64,000 nucleotides of DNA from an uncultured Thermus sp. (GTDB lineage Bacteria > Deinococcota > Deinococci > Deinococcales > Thermaceae): positions 64,001 through 128,000 of the forward strand of contig CAMTVD010000014.1 of NCBI GenBank assembly GCA_947085095.1. Direction: 5' to 3'. Shown here one piece after another: positions 42,381-54,361 of the stretch (positions within the stretch are counted from its first letter, which is position 1; every line of letters starts with the position of its first letter). The position numbers were made by a program, and so were the translations under genes. The notes under the pieces are model-generated. The model was not told the origin of the DNA. It was given only the letters and a program-made list of their open reading frames with translations, and did not search any database.

Positions 42381-43251
42381 GCTTCACCCGTTCCTGGTAG
42401 TAGGCCATGAGGTCAAAGCCCTGGGGGAAAAGGGCCCGCACCCGGTAGCCTTCCCTTACGAGGGCCTTGAGGGCCGCCTCCTGGTCCCCCTCAAAGAGGA
42501 TGGCCCCGCCCTGGAGCCGGGCGGAGGCCACCTGGGGCAGGGTCTTGAGGAGGGCCAGGGCGCCTTCCAGGGGGTGGGCCTCGAGGCGGTACACCTCCCG
42601 GCCCCCTAAGGCCACCTCGTCCAGAAGCCTTCCCCCGCCCAGGATGCCCACTTTGTGGGCGTAGCGGGAGACCTCCTGCAGGTGGTGGGTGGAGAGGAGG
42701 ACGGCCACCCCTTCCCGGGCAAGTTCCCGGAGGAGGCCGTGGACCAGCTCCACCCCCTCGGGATCCAGGCCCGAGGTGGGCTCGTCCAGGACCAGGACCT
42801 TGGGTCTGTGGAGGATGGCCGCCGCCAGCCCCAGGCGTTGCCGCTGCCCCAGAGAGTAGCCCTCCACCTTCTGGTCGGCCACGGCGAGGAGCTTGAGCCG
42901 GGCCAGGACCTCGCTCACCCGGGCCTCCTCCTTGACCCCGGTAAGGTAGGCGGAAAGGCGCAGGTTCTCCCGCCCGGTGAGGTAGGGGTAGAAGGCGGCA
43001 GGGGCCTCCACCACCGCCCCCAGGTGGCGCCTGGCGGCGGGGGTCTTGTGGACGTCCTCCCCCATGATGAGGGCCCGGCCAGTGGTGGGGAAGGCCAGGC
43101 CCGTGACGAGACGTATCAGGGTGGTCTTGCCCGAGCCGTTGGGGCCCGCCAGGGCGTAAACCTCCCCCGGGCGCACGGCGAGGCTCACCCCTTCCAGGAT
43201 GGGCTTCCGGCCGTACCGCTTGCCGATGCCCTCTAGCCTCAGGGCTTCCAT
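42373..43251 (-). CDS. ABC transporter ATP-binding protein
   Basis: GPNGSGKTT, YSLGQRQR and LDEPTSGLD motifs. Start ATG43251. Confidence 0.93.
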   Translation of the reverse strand: MEALRLEGIGKRYGRKPILEGVSLAVRPGEVYALAGPNGSGKTTLIRLVTGLAFPTTGRALIMGEDVHKTPAARRHLGAVVEAPAAFYPYLTGRENLRLSAYLTGVKEEARVSEVLARLKLLAVADQKVEGYSLGQRQRLGLAAAILHRPKVLVLDEPTSGLDPEGVELVHGLLRELAREGVAVLLSTHHLQEVSRYAHKVGILGGGRLLDEVALGGREVYRLEAHPLEGALALLKTLPQVASARLQGGAILFEGDQEAALKALVREGYRVRALFPQGFDLMAYYQERVKHA

Positions 43252-43269
43252 GGGTGCTATACTACCCAA

Positions 43270-43369
43270 GCCCCCGGTCCAGCGCGGCGGTCCGGGCGTG
43301 AACCGGGTCAGGTCCGGAAGGAAGCAGCCCTAAGCGCCACGGGTCGGGTGCCGCTGGGTAGCCGGGGGC
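43270..43369 (+). ncRNA. ffs: Signal recognition particle RNA (small, 4.5S type)
   Basis: Conserved GGGTCAGGTCCGGAAGGAAGCAGCCC domain IV; terminal stem GCCCCCGG/CCGGGGGC; TATACT 6 nt upstream. Confidence 0.95.
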
Positions 43370-43372
43370 GGT

Positions 43373-43393
43373 TTATCCACAGGGTTATCCACA
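43373..43393 (+). promoter_or_regulatory. Two tandem consensus DnaA boxes
   Basis: TTATCCACA at 43373-43381 and at 43385-43393. Confidence 0.75.
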
Positions 43394-43450
43394 GGCCCAG
43401 CTGGCCCTTGCCCACGGGCTCCCGGATAAAAAGCTCCTTGGACACGTGGT

Positions 43451-44659
43451 TTATCCCCCCTTCCTTTCCCTGGGCCATGTCCTGACCACCCCCTTTTCCA
43501 CAAGGGCTTGGACCTCCTCGGGGCCGAGGCCGGCCTCGAGGAGGACCTCCTCCGTGTGCTCCCCCAGGAGGGGTGGGGGGAGGCCGGGGGAAGCGGGGGT
43601 GCGGGAGAGGAAGCGCAAGGGGCTCGCCAGGGTGGGAAGGGCCCCCAGGAGGGGGTGGGCTAAGGTCCAGACCGCTCCCCGGGCCCCGGCCTGGGGGTCA
43701 GCAAAGGCCTCCTTCAGGTCGTTCACCGGGGCGGCGGGCACGCCCGCCTCCTTGAGCCTTTCCAGCCAGTAGGCCCGGGGGCGGGTCCTTAAAACCTGGG
43801 CCAGCGCCCTTTCCACCCCCTGCCGGTTCTCCACCCGCATCGGGTTTCTCGGAAAGCGCTCCTTGAGCCCGGGAAGCTCCAGGACCTGGCAGAGCCTGGC
43901 GAACTGCTCGTCGTTGCCCACCGCCAGGACGATCCAGCCGTCCGCCGCGGGAAAGGCCCCGTAGGGCACGATCTGGGCGTGGGCGTTGCCGAGCCTTTTT
44001 GGGGGGGCCCCGGTGAGGAGGTAGCTCTCCCCCAGGTTGGCCAGGGCGAAGAGGCCCACATCGTAGAGGGAGAGGTCTATGTGCTGGCCCTGGCCGCTCC
44101 TTTCCCGCTCCAAGAGGGCCGCAAGGACCGCCACCGCCCCCATCATCCCGGTCATGACGTCTATCCAGGCCACCCCCACCTTCATGGGGGGGCCCTCCGG
44201 CTCCCCGGTCACGGACATGATGCCCGTGTAGCCCTGGAGGGCGGCGTCGTACCCGGGCTCCTGGGCCCTGGGCCCCGTGTGGCCGAAGCCGGTGATGGAG
44301 AGGTAGACGAGCCTGGGGTTCTGGGCCTTCAGGCTCTCGTAGTCCAGGCGGTAGCGCCCAAGGTCCCCGGTCTTGAAGTTCTCCACCAGCACATCGGCCC
44401 CCGCCGCAAGCCGCCGCGCCACTTCCTGGCCCTCTTTAGTCTTCAAGTCCAGGGCCAGGCTCCGCTTCCCCCGGTTCACGGCGAGGAAGTAAGCGCTTTC
44501 CCCCTTGAGAAAGGGCGGGCCCCAGCCCCGGGTCTCGTCCCCCCAGGGGGGCTCTACCTTGACCACCTCGGCTCCCAGGTCCGCCAGGATCATGGTGCAA
44601 AGAGGCCCCGCCAGGACCCGGGAGAGGTCCAGGACCTTGATGCCGGAAAGGGGCTTCAT
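43451..44659 (-). CDS. CaiB/BaiF family III CoA-transferase
   Basis: DLSRVLAGP, LADLGAEVVKVE, NRGKRS and GYD motifs. Confidence 0.93.
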   Translation of the reverse strand: MKPLSGIKVLDLSRVLAGPLCTMILADLGAEVVKVEPPWGDETRGWGPPFLKGESAYFLAVNRGKRSLALDLKTKEGQEVARRLAAGADVLVENFKTGDLGRYRLDYESLKAQNPRLVYLSITGFGHTGPRAQEPGYDAALQGYTGIMSVTGEPEGPPMKVGVAWIDVMTGMMGAVAVLAALLERERSGQGQHIDLSLYDVGLFALANLGESYLLTGAPPKRLGNAHAQIVPYGAFPAADGWIVLAVGNDEQFARLCQVLELPGLKERFPRNPMRVENRQGVERALAQVLRTRPRAYWLERLKEAGVPAAPVNDLKEAFADPQAGARGAVWTLAHPLLGALPTLASPLRFLSRTPASPGLPPPLLGEHTEEVLLEAGLGPEEVQALVEKGVVRTWPRERKGG

Positions 44660-44689
44660 GGGGGCATATTACGCCGGTATAGTGAAGGG

Positions 44690-45475
44690 GTGGGCCAGAT
44701 GCTGCGGCACCTTTTCGTTTTCGGCGTTCTCCTCTTCGTGGCCCTTCCCTTCCTCTGGATGGCCTACGCCGCCTTCATGCCCAAGGAGGTGGTGTACTCG
44801 GGGGAGCTCTTCTCCCGGGTGGGCTTCAGCCTGGAGAACGTGCGGGGCCTGGAGAAGGAGGGTTTTTGGGGCCGCCTCCTCTTCTCCCTGGCCCTCTCCT
44901 CGGGGGTGGTCCTCCTCCAGCTTTTCACCGCCCTCCTGGCCGCTTACGCCCTCCGGGCAGGGCTTGGGCTCCTTCCCTTCTACCTGGTCCTGATGGCGAT
45001 CCCGGCGGAGCTCCTCCTCGTTCCCCTCTACGGCATCCTCAAGGGTCTTGCCCTTTTGGACACGGTCTTGGCCCTCCTCCTTCCCTTCGCCGCCAGCCCC
45101 TTCGTCATCTACCTGGTCTACCAGGCCATGCGGGCCGTGCCCGAGGAGCTTCTGGAGGCGGCTCGGCTGGACGGGGCGGGGCACCGGGTCCTCCTTTTTA
45201 GGATCCTTTTCCCCCTGGTGCGGCCCACCCTGGTGGCCGCGGGGGTGCTGGCTTTCGCCGCCCACTGGAACCTGGTCCTCTACCCCCGGGTGGTGGTCAC
45301 CGACTCCCGGTTATGGACGGTGCAGACCTGGCTCACTGACCTGCAGCGCAAGTACCCCACGGACTGGGGCCTCCTCTCGGCGGCGGCCCTCCTCAGCGTT
45401 CTCCCCATCGCCCTCCTCTACCTGGCCTTTGAGCGGCGGGTGGTGGCCACCTTTGAGGAGGGGCTGAAAGGGTAG
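44690..45475 (+). CDS. Carbohydrate ABC transporter permease (stand-alone)
   Basis: EAA loop PEELLEAARLDGA. Start GTG44690 (6 nt after TATAGT) or ATG44699. Confidence 0.88.
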   Translation: MGQMLRHLFVFGVLLFVALPFLWMAYAAFMPKEVVYSGELFSRVGFSLENVRGLEKEGFWGRLLFSLALSSGVVLLQLFTALLAAYALRAGLGLLPFYLVLMAIPAELLLVPLYGILKGLALLDTVLALLLPFAASPFVIYLVYQAMRAVPEELLEAARLDGAGHRVLLFRILFPLVRPTLVAAGVLAFAAHWNLVLYPRVVVTDSRLWTVQTWLTDLQRKYPTDWGLLSAAALLSVLPIALLYLAFERRVVATFEEGLKG

Positions 45476-45520
45476 CTTGACGGGCCCTTGGGCCCTGGCC
45501 TACCCTGGCCCCATAAGGGG

Positions 45521-46078
45521 GTGAAAGCCGTGCGCGCTTTGGTGTGGGGGCTTGTCTTGCTCCTAACCGCCTGCGTTCCCGTGGCCATGCTTCGCCCTCC
45601 GGAGCCCGCGAGGGGGCTGGAGGTGAGCGTGGGGGGGAGCGTGCTCAACAACCCCTTCGGGGAGCAGAACCCGGTGATTGCCCTTCCCTACCTGGCCGTG
45701 GCCGTTGGCGAGGGGGCGCTGGAGTACAACTTCTCCGTCCAGTGGGGCCTCCGGGGTGGGGTCAAGCTGGGCCTGGGCCCCGGATTGGCCCTGGATGCGG
45801 GCCTTACCGTGCCTCCTGGTTTTTGGGATGTCGAGGGCTGGCCCACAGGTATGCCTGTGGTCCTGGACGGCGGGGTCATCCTGGGCAGGGACGGGTTCTA
45901 TTTCTCTCCCAGGCTCCACCTCATCGGCGTTCCCGGTTCCGGTGGGGGGCTCGGCTACCAGCTTTCCCTCGGGGCTTACCGCCGGGACTGGGTGGCGGAG
46001 GTGGGGGCCATGGGAGGGTTTGGCGGGGGCTTCCTCCTTAGCCTTTCCGCCGCCTGGCGCTTTGGAACCGCTCCCTGA
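45521..46078 (+). CDS. Hypothetical lipoprotein / small beta-barrel-like protein
   Basis: Lipobox LLTAC; Gly- and aromatic-rich amphipathic strands. Start uncertain. Confidence 0.65.
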   Translation: MKAVRALVWGLVLLLTACVPVAMLRPPEPARGLEVSVGGSVLNNPFGEQNPVIALPYLAVAVGEGALEYNFSVQWGLRGGVKLGLGPGLALDAGLTVPPGFWDVEGWPTGMPVVLDGGVILGRDGFYFSPRLHLIGVPGSGGGLGYQLSLGAYRRDWVAEVGAMGGFGGGFLLSLSAAWRFGTAP

Positions 46079-47294
46079 GGGCCTTTAGCCTCTCCCGAAC
46101 CCTCTCCTCAAAGCCCTCCCCGGTGGCCTCAAAGAGGAGGAGGCCCTCTAGCTCCTCCGGCAGGTACCTCTGGGCAAAGCTCCCCTCCTTGTCCCCGTGG
46201 TAGTAGGCGTACCCCTTCCCGTGCCCCAGGGCTTTGGCCAGGCCGGTGGGGGCGTTCCTCAGGTTGAGGGGCACGGGGGCCTCGGGGTGGGCCCTGGCGG
46301 CCTCCTCCGCCCGCTGCCAGGCCTGGTAGAGGCTGTTGGACTTGGGGGCCAGGGCCAAATAGACCGCCGCCTCCACCAGGGCCAGCTCCCCTTCCGGGCT
46401 CCCCAGGGCCTCGTAGGCCTCCTTGGCGGCCACGGAAAGCCTAAGGGCCAGGGGGTCCGCCAGGCCCACGTCCTCCAGGGCCACCCGGATGAGCCTCCGG
46501 GCCAGGTACCGGGGGTCGGCCCCGCCCTTTAAAAGCCTCGCCAGGTAGTAGAGGGCGGCGTCCACGTGGTTTCCCCGGAGGCTTTTGTGCAGGGCGGAGA
46601 CCAGGTCGTAAAACCGGTCCCCCTCCCGGTCCATGCCGAGCCTTTCCGCCCCCAGGGCCTCCCGCACGCTCCCAAGGTCCACCCGGCCAAAGGCGGCGGC
46701 GAGCTCCAGGGTGTTCAGGGCGAAGCGGGCGTCCCCTTCCGCCGCCTGGGCCAGCAGGCGGAGGGCCTCCTCCTCGTAGGCCACCCCGGGGAGTCCCCTG
46801 GGGTCGTAAAGGGCCCGCCGGAGGAGGGCCAGGACGTCCTCCTCCGAGAGGGGTTTCAGGGGGAGGAGGCGCAACCTGGAGCGGAGGGCGGGGGTGAGGA
46901 GGAAGGCGGGGTTTTCCGCGGTGGCCCCAATCAGGGTGAGGAGGCCCGACTCCAGGTGGGGGAGAAGGGCGTCCTGCTGGGCCTTGTTGAAGCGGTGGAT
47001 CTCGTCCAGGAAGAGGACGAGGCCCCCTTCCTGCCTGGCCCTTTCCACCGCCTGGCGCACCTCCTTGAGCCCCCCCTCCACGGCGGAGAGCTTCAGGAAG
47101 GGCCTTCCCGTCCCCTCGGCCAGGAGGCGGGCCAGGGTGGTCTTCCCCGTGCCGGGGGGGCCGAAGAGGACCATGGAGGAAAGTTTCCTCGCCTCCAGCA
47201 TCCGCCTGAGAAGCCCCTTCTCCCCCGTGAGGTGGGGCTGGCCTAGGACCTCCTCGAGGGTTCTAGGCCTAAGGCGCTCCGCCAGGGACTCCAT
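46038..47294 (-). CDS. rarA: Replication-associated recombination protein A (RarA/MgsA)
   Basis: [37 protein letters not shown] and EDVGLADP motifs. Confidence 0.95.
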   Translation of the reverse strand: MESLAERLRPRTLEEVLGQPHLTGEKGLLRRMLEARKLSSMVLFGPPGTGKTTLARLLAEGTGRPFLKLSAVEGGLKEVRQAVERARQEGGLVLFLDEIHRFNKAQQDALLPHLESGLLTLIGATAENPAFLLTPALRSRLRLLPLKPLSEEDVLALLRRALYDPRGLPGVAYEEEALRLLAQAAEGDARFALNTLELAAAFGRVDLGSVREALGAERLGMDREGDRFYDLVSALHKSLRGNHVDAALYYLARLLKGGADPRYLARRLIRVALEDVGLADPLALRLSVAAKEAYEALGSPEGELALVEAAVYLALAPKSNSLYQAWQRAEEAARAHPEAPVPLNLRNAPTGLAKALGHGKGYAYYHGDKEGSFAQRYLPEELEGLLLFEATGEGFEERVRERLKALRERFQSARRRKG

Positions 47295-47332
47295 CCTCCC
47301 CATCCTAAGGGGGTGTGGTAGGCTTTGGGGGA

Positions 47333-48016
47333 ATGCGGGGGCTTTTCCTTCTTCCCTGGGGCCTCTTCCTAATGGGCCTCCTTCCCTTGGGGGTAGGGGA
47401 GCCTTCGGGGGAGGTGGACCGGGGGCTTGGGCTCCTCCTCGCCGCCTTTCTCCTGGCGGGGGTGGGAAGCCTTTACTCCCGTTTTCCCGTGGCCTTTTCT
47501 GTGCAGCTTTTCCTGGTTCTGGGTCTGGGGCTTCTGGCCTTCCAACTGGCTTTAGAGAGCGCCCTCTCGCTCACGGGGCTGGAGGTCCCCCCCTACGCCG
47601 CCTTGGGCGGGGTCCTGGGGGCCTTGGCCCTGGGAGGGGCCTTCTTCCTGGGGACGGGGCAGGAGGCCCCCCTGCTTCCCCCCCTGCCCCGGCTGGGGAG
47701 CCGGGAGGACCTGCAAAGGATGGCGGGGGCCCTCGAGGGCCTGGCCCTGCGGCGACCCCTGGTCCTGGTCTACCTGGGCACCCCGGTCTCCCCGGAAACC
47801 CTGCTTGGGGAGCTCAGGCGGGGGGATCTGGCCTTCCAGGTGGGGGGGGGCTACCTCCTGGTCCTGCAGCTGGGCCGCCCCGAGGACGCCCTGGGCCTTC
47901 TGAGGCGCCTCAAGGAGCGCTTTCCCCTCTCCGCCTACGCGGTGGAGCGCTGGCAGGGGGGAAGCCTGGAGCGGGTGCTTGCCCGCCTCGAGGCCGAGGC
48001 CCTCCTGCAGAGCTAA
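47333..48016 (+). CDS. Membrane protein with a degenerate GGDEF-like C-terminal domain
   Basis: Four TM segments, then [19 protein letters not shown]. Confidence 0.6.
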   Translation: MRGLFLLPWGLFLMGLLPLGVGEPSGEVDRGLGLLLAAFLLAGVGSLYSRFPVAFSVQLFLVLGLGLLAFQLALESALSLTGLEVPPYAALGGVLGALALGGAFFLGTGQEAPLLPPLPRLGSREDLQRMAGALEGLALRRPLVLVYLGTPVSPETLLGELRRGDLAFQVGGGYLLVLQLGRPEDALGLLRRLKERFPLSAYAVERWQGGSLERVLARLEAEALLQS

Positions 48017-48151
48017 CCGCCGGGGAGAAGCCCTGCTGGGGTTGGTGTAAAGCTTCCCGGGCTACACCCCTTGAAGGTGTAGGAGAGCGGGGCCTACCTC
48101 CCCCCAAGGGTTACTCCAAGGCTCTACCCTTAGGTCCAAGGAGGGTAAACC

Positions 48152-48226
48152 ATGGAGAAGGGCAAGGAGATCAGCCAGGCGTGGCAGGAGGCCTTGGAAA
48201 CCTACGGGGAGCGGGAAGAGGAGTAA
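48152..48226 (+). CDS. Putative 24-aa small protein MEKGKEISQAWQEALETYGEREEE
   Basis: AAGGAGG 7 nt before ATG; host-like codons; below the ORF-track length cutoff. Confidence 0.5.
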   Translation: MEKGKEISQAWQEALETYGEREEE

Positions 48227-48289
48227 TCCTTTCCCGGAAGGCCCTAAACGCCTTCACGGGACAAGCGGGGGGCCTTGGCCCCCCGGCCC

Positions 48290-50053
48290 CTATTTGCCCA
48301 CCAGCCGCTTCCTTTCCGAGGGGTTCAGGACCCTTTTCCTCAGGCGCAGGCTCTTGGGGGTCACCTCCAGGAGCTCGTCCTCGGCCAGAAACTCCAGGGC
48401 CTCCTCCAGGGAGAGCCTCCTTGGGGGGATGAGGCGGATGTTCTCGTCGGAGCCCGCCGCCCGCACGTTGGTGAGCTTCTTGCCGATGGTGACGTTCACG
48501 TCCAGGTCGTTCTCCCGCACGTGCTCCCCCACGATCATGCCCACGTAGACCTCGGTCCCGGGCTCAATGAAGAACTGGACCCTTTCCTGCAGCCGGTTCA
48601 GGCTGTAGGCGGTGGCCACCCCCGCCTCCATGGCCACGGCGCTCCCCGTGGTGCGGGTGGGGATGGCCCCGGCCTGGGGGCCGTAGCCGTGGAAGGTGTG
48701 GCTCATGGTCCCCTCCCCGCCGGTGAGGGAGAGGAAGAGGCTGCGGAAGCCGAAGAGGGCCCGGGCCGGCACCACGAACTCCGCCCGCACCCTGTGGCCC
48801 ACCTCCATGTGCACCATCTCCGCCCGCCTGGAACCCAGGGCCTCCATGACGCTGCCGAAGCGGTCCTGGGGGGTTTCCACCACCAGGAGCTCGTAGGGCT
48901 CCAGGCCGTCCTTGAAGAGGACCCGGGGCTGGCCCACGCTGAACTCGTACCCCTCCCGGCGCATGGTCTCCAGGAGGATGGCCAGGTGGAGCTCCCCCCG
49001 GCCCCTCAGCTCAAAGACCTCGGGGGCCACCTCCTCCACCTCCAGGGCCACGTTGGTGCGGAGCTCCTTCTCCAGGCGCTCCTTGAGCTTCTGCCCCGTC
49101 ACGTACCGGCCCTCCCGGCCGGCGAAGGGGGAGGTGTTGGCGGTGAGGGTGAGGGCCACGGTGGGCTCGTCCACCCGCAGCCGGGGCAGGGCCTCGGGGG
49201 CCTCCTTGGCGGCGATGGTGTCCCCGATCTCCGCCCCCTCCAGGCCCGCCAGGGCCAGGATGTCCCCGGGAAGGCTTTCCTCCACCTCCACCCGCTCCAG
49301 GCCCTGGTGGGTGTAGAGGGCGGCCACCCTGGCCTCGAGGGCCCCCGTCTCCTTGAGGATGACCACCCCTTCCCCCTTGCGCACCCGCCCCCGGGAGACC
49401 TTGCCGATGGCCACCCGGCCCAGGTAGGGAGAGTGGTCCAGGTTGGCCACCAGGAGCTGGAAGGGGCCCTCCTCCACCCTGGGCGGGGGCACGTGTTCCA
49501 GGATGGTCTGGAAGAGGTCGGAGAGGTCCTCCTTGGGCTCCTCCCGCCAGGCCCGGCCCTCCCGGCCGATGGCGTAGAGGTAGGGGAAGTCCAGCTGCGC
49601 CTCCGTGGCCCCTAGCTCCACCATCAGGTCAAAGACCAGGTTCAGCACCTCGTCGGGGCGGGCTTCCTTCTTGTCCACCTTGTTGAGGACCACGATGGGC
49701 TTGAGGCCGGCCTCGAGGGCCTTCCTGAGGACGAACCGGGTCTGGGGCATGGGGCCCTCGGCGGCGTCCACCAGGAGGAGGACCCCGTCCACCAGGGAGA
49801 GGGCCCGCTCCACCTCTCCCCCGAAGTCCGCGTGGCCGGGGGTGTCCACGATGTTGACCTTGACCCCCCGCCAGATGACGGCGGTGTTCTTGGCCAGGAT
49901 GGTGATGCCCCGTTCCCTTTCCAGGTCGTGGGAGTCCAGGATCCGCTCCCCCTCGTCCTTGAGGAGGGCCTTGGCCTGCCGCAGCATGGCGTCCACCAGC
50001 GTGGTCTTGCCGTGGTCCACGTGGGCGATGATGGCGATGTTTCTAATCTCCAT
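48290..50053 (-). CDS. typA: Translational GTPase TypA/BipA
   Basis: [34 protein letters not shown] and ELLEVTP motifs. Confidence 0.97.
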   Translation of the reverse strand: MEIRNIAIIAHVDHGKTTLVDAMLRQAKALLKDEGERILDSHDLERERGITILAKNTAVIWRGVKVNIVDTPGHADFGGEVERALSLVDGVLLLVDAAEGPMPQTRFVLRKALEAGLKPIVVLNKVDKKEARPDEVLNLVFDLMVELGATEAQLDFPYLYAIGREGRAWREEPKEDLSDLFQTILEHVPPPRVEEGPFQLLVANLDHSPYLGRVAIGKVSRGRVRKGEGVVILKETGALEARVAALYTHQGLERVEVEESLPGDILALAGLEGAEIGDTIAAKEAPEALPRLRVDEPTVALTLTANTSPFAGREGRYVTGQKLKERLEKELRTNVALEVEEVAPEVFELRGRGELHLAILLETMRREGYEFSVGQPRVLFKDGLEPYELLVVETPQDRFGSVMEALGSRRAEMVHMEVGHRVRAEFVVPARALFGFRSLFLSLTGGEGTMSHTFHGYGPQAGAIPTRTTGSAVAMEAGVATAYSLNRLQERVQFFIEPGTEVYVGMIVGEHVRENDLDVNVTIGKKLTNVRAAGSDENIRLIPPRRLSLEEALEFLAEDELLEVTPKSLRLRKRVLNPSERKRLVGK

Positions 50054-50105
50054 GGGCGCACCCAATCCCCCCACTCTACCACGGAAAGGCCCTTAGGATA
50101 AGGGC

Positions 50106-52006
<1,901 letters not shown>

Positions 52007-52010
<4 letters not shown>

Positions 52011-52657
52011 GCCCCGGGCCACATTGGGGAAGGACCAAAGAGGACAGTATGGAGCGCAAGATGGTGGAGATAGAAGAAACCGGGCTGACCTTTGAAACCG
52101 AGCTGGACCTGGTCCGCCTCGAGGCCCTGGCCGCCGAGTGGCTCCAGGTGATTGGGGAGGACCCCAAGCGGGAGGGCCTCCTCAAGACCCCAGAAAGGGT
52201 GGCCAAGGCCTGGGCCTTCCTCACCCGCGGGTACCGGCAGAGCCTGGAAGAGATCGTCAACGGGGCCATCTTCCAGGCCGAGGGGAGCGAGATGGTGGTG
52301 GTCAAGGGCATAGAGTTCTACTCCCTGTGCGAGCACCACCTCCTCCCCTTCTTCGGCCAGGTACATATTGGCTACATCCCCAACGAAAAGATTCTGGGGC
52401 TTTCCAAGTTCGCCCGCATCGTGGACCTGTTCGCCCGCCGCCTCCAGGTGCAGGAAAGGCTTGCGGTGCAGATCGCTGGGGCCATCGGGGAGGTCCTGGA
52501 GCCCCGGGGGATAGGGGTGGTGGTGGAGGGGATTCACCTCTGCATGATGATGCGAGGGGTGGAAAAGCAGCACTCCCGCACCATCACCAGCGCCATGCTG
52601 GGGGTCTTCCGGGAGGACGCCAAGACCCGGGAGGAGTTTTTAAGCCACTTGAAGTGA
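52007..52657 (+). CDS. folE: GTP cyclohydrolase I
   Basis: [20 protein letters not shown] and HLCMMMRG motifs. Alternative start ATG52049. Confidence 0.96.
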
Positions 52658-52658
52658 G

Positions 52659-52683
52659 AAAAGGCCCCGCCCGGAGGCGGGGC
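52659..52683 (-). terminator. Terminator at the end of the exported-protein operon (possibly bidirectional with folE)
   Basis: GCCCCGCC-4 nt-GGCGGGGC hairpin followed by CTTTT on the minus strand. Confidence 0.75.
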
Positions 52684-52688
52684 TGGGC

Positions 52689-53114
52689 TTATTCCGGGGC
52701 GGGAGGTGGGGCTGGGATTTCGCACCCGGGGATGGCCATCTGGGGGGCTAGCCCCAGGACCAACACCGGGATCTCCGCCTCCCCCACGCCCTCCACGCGC
52801 AACCGCAGGATACCGCTTTGCGCCCCTGGGGGCACCCGGAACATGAGGGTGGCGGGGTCTTGGGCCTGGGTGATCTCGGGATCCTCGGCGGGAAGGTCCG
52901 GGGGGAAGAGGGCGTAGCTAAGGCCCTGGTCCCAGTCCTCCTGGGTGCCGAAATCGTTCCCCTTGAGGGCCATCCAGTCCCCCGCCCGCACCGGGCAGCC
53001 CGCCACCACATCGGGTTGCACCGCCTGGATGCGCAGGGCGCCCGTGGTCTTGATGCCTTGGGGGGCGGAGCAAGCGGCGAGGGCCAGTAGGCCCAGGAAA
53101 AGGATTCTTCTCAT
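52689..53114 (-). CDS. Lipoprotein with IPT/TIG-like Ig domain
   Basis: Lipobox LAAC; GDWMALKGNDFG and FRVPPGAQSG patterns; AGGAGG RBS. Confidence 0.75.
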   Translation of the reverse strand: MRRILFLGLLALAACSAPQGIKTTGALRIQAVQPDVVAGCPVRAGDWMALKGNDFGTQEDWDQGLSYALFPPDLPAEDPEITQAQDPATLMFRVPPGAQSGILRLRVEGVGEAEIPVLVLGLAPQMAIPGCEIPAPPPAPE

Positions 53115-53168
53115 CTCATCCTCCTAGGGAACCCCCAGGCGGGGTGGGGCCGCCTGGGGTTTGGTTCC

Positions 53169-54338
53169 CTACTCCGAGCAGTGGCCAGGGCCAATCAGGC
53201 CGTTGTTGTACTGGTCCAGGGTGGCGGCGTGAGCCTTGGCCTGTTCGGAAACCGCCCTGCTTAAGGACGAGGAGGGGGTGTAGGTCTTGAAGAAGGTGTC
53301 GGCCCAAGCCATGGCCGCGTCCACCTGCGGCGTGGTGGCGGCCCCATTCAGCTTGTTGAGGAGGGCGGCGATGTACTGGTGGGCCAGGATGTAGTAGGCG
53401 TTGCCGCCCGAAGGGGGCGTCCAGATGACCTGGTAGTAGCTCTGGCCCGAGAGGTAGAAGAGGGTGTCCTCGCCAATCAGGGCCCAGGTGTCGTCGTAAG
53501 GGGCGGGGCCGTACTTGGAGTGGGTCTTCCAGTAGCCTGGGGTCAGGGTGCAGCCGCCCTGGCAGGGCACGGACACCCTCACCGTGGCCGAGGCGCTTCC
53601 CTTGGTGCCGGTGGTGCTGGTGGTGAAGGTGGCGGTGTTCTTCACCTCGTGCTCCCCGCAGGTGTCAAAGCGCACCCAGCGCTCAAAGAAATAGGTCTGG
53701 GAGATGACCCCCTGCGGGTTGATGGTGCTGATGGCCCCTGTGGGGGTGGCCGAGGGGTCGTCCACGGTCACGCCGCCGTCCACCACCGTGGTGGGGTGGG
53801 TGAAGCTGAAGTCCTTCTGGGCGGTGGCGGTGTTGGGGAAGGTGGCGCCGTCGGTGCCCCAGCGCACGCTGGCCGTGTTGGTGCGGGGCTGTCCGTTGGG
53901 CAGGGCCTGGCTGTAGGTGCAGACCAGGCTGGCCCCTTCGGCAAGCGTGTGGGGGAAGCTCACCCCGCAGTCCAGGCTCACGCTCTCCCCGGTGGAAAGG
54001 GTGTCCGTGGGGGCCTGGAGGACCACGGCCCCTACCCCGGTGTTCTTGATGGTGACCGTGCCCTCCACCTTGAAGTCCGTGTCCTGGGGGGTGCCCACCA
54101 GGTCCACGGCGTACTTCACCAGGTAGGACTGCCCCGGCGTGAGGAGGAGCTGGCCGCTTGCGGGGTCGGTAACCCGCTTTTGGATGGTCCAGGTGTAGGT
54201 GCGCTTGAAGCTGGGGTTGGCGGTTTTTTCCACCGTGACCGCAGGGCCTACCGCCAACTGGGGCTTCAGGCCTTGGGGGGCTTGGGAGCAGGCTCCCAAA
54301 AGCCCCACCGCCAGTAGAACGCTGTACCAATGCCGCAT
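53169..54338 (-). CDS. Thr-rich Ig-repeat lipoprotein, putative adhesin
   Basis: Lipobox LLGAC; beta-rich repeats with VEK/IQK...NTA; C-terminal GCTLTPGYWKTH domain; several Cys. Confidence 0.75.
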   Translation of the reverse strand: MRHWYSVLLAVGLLGACSQAPQGLKPQLAVGPAVTVEKTANPSFKRTYTWTIQKRVTDPASGQLLLTPGQSYLVKYAVDLVGTPQDTDFKVEGTVTIKNTGVGAVVLQAPTDTLSTGESVSLDCGVSFPHTLAEGASLVCTYSQALPNGQPRTNTASVRWGTDGATFPNTATAQKDFSFTHPTTVVDGGVTVDDPSATPTGAISTINPQGVISQTYFFERWVRFDTCGEHEVKNTATFTTSTTGTKGSASATVRVSVPCQGGCTLTPGYWKTHSKYGPAPYDDTWALIGEDTLFYLSGQSYYQVIWTPPSGGNAYYILAHQYIAALLNKLNGAATTPQVDAAMAWADTFFKTYTPSSSLSRAVSEQAKAHAATLDQYNNGLIGPGHCSE

Positions 54339-54361
54339 AGCTAATCCCTTCCTTTCCCAAA

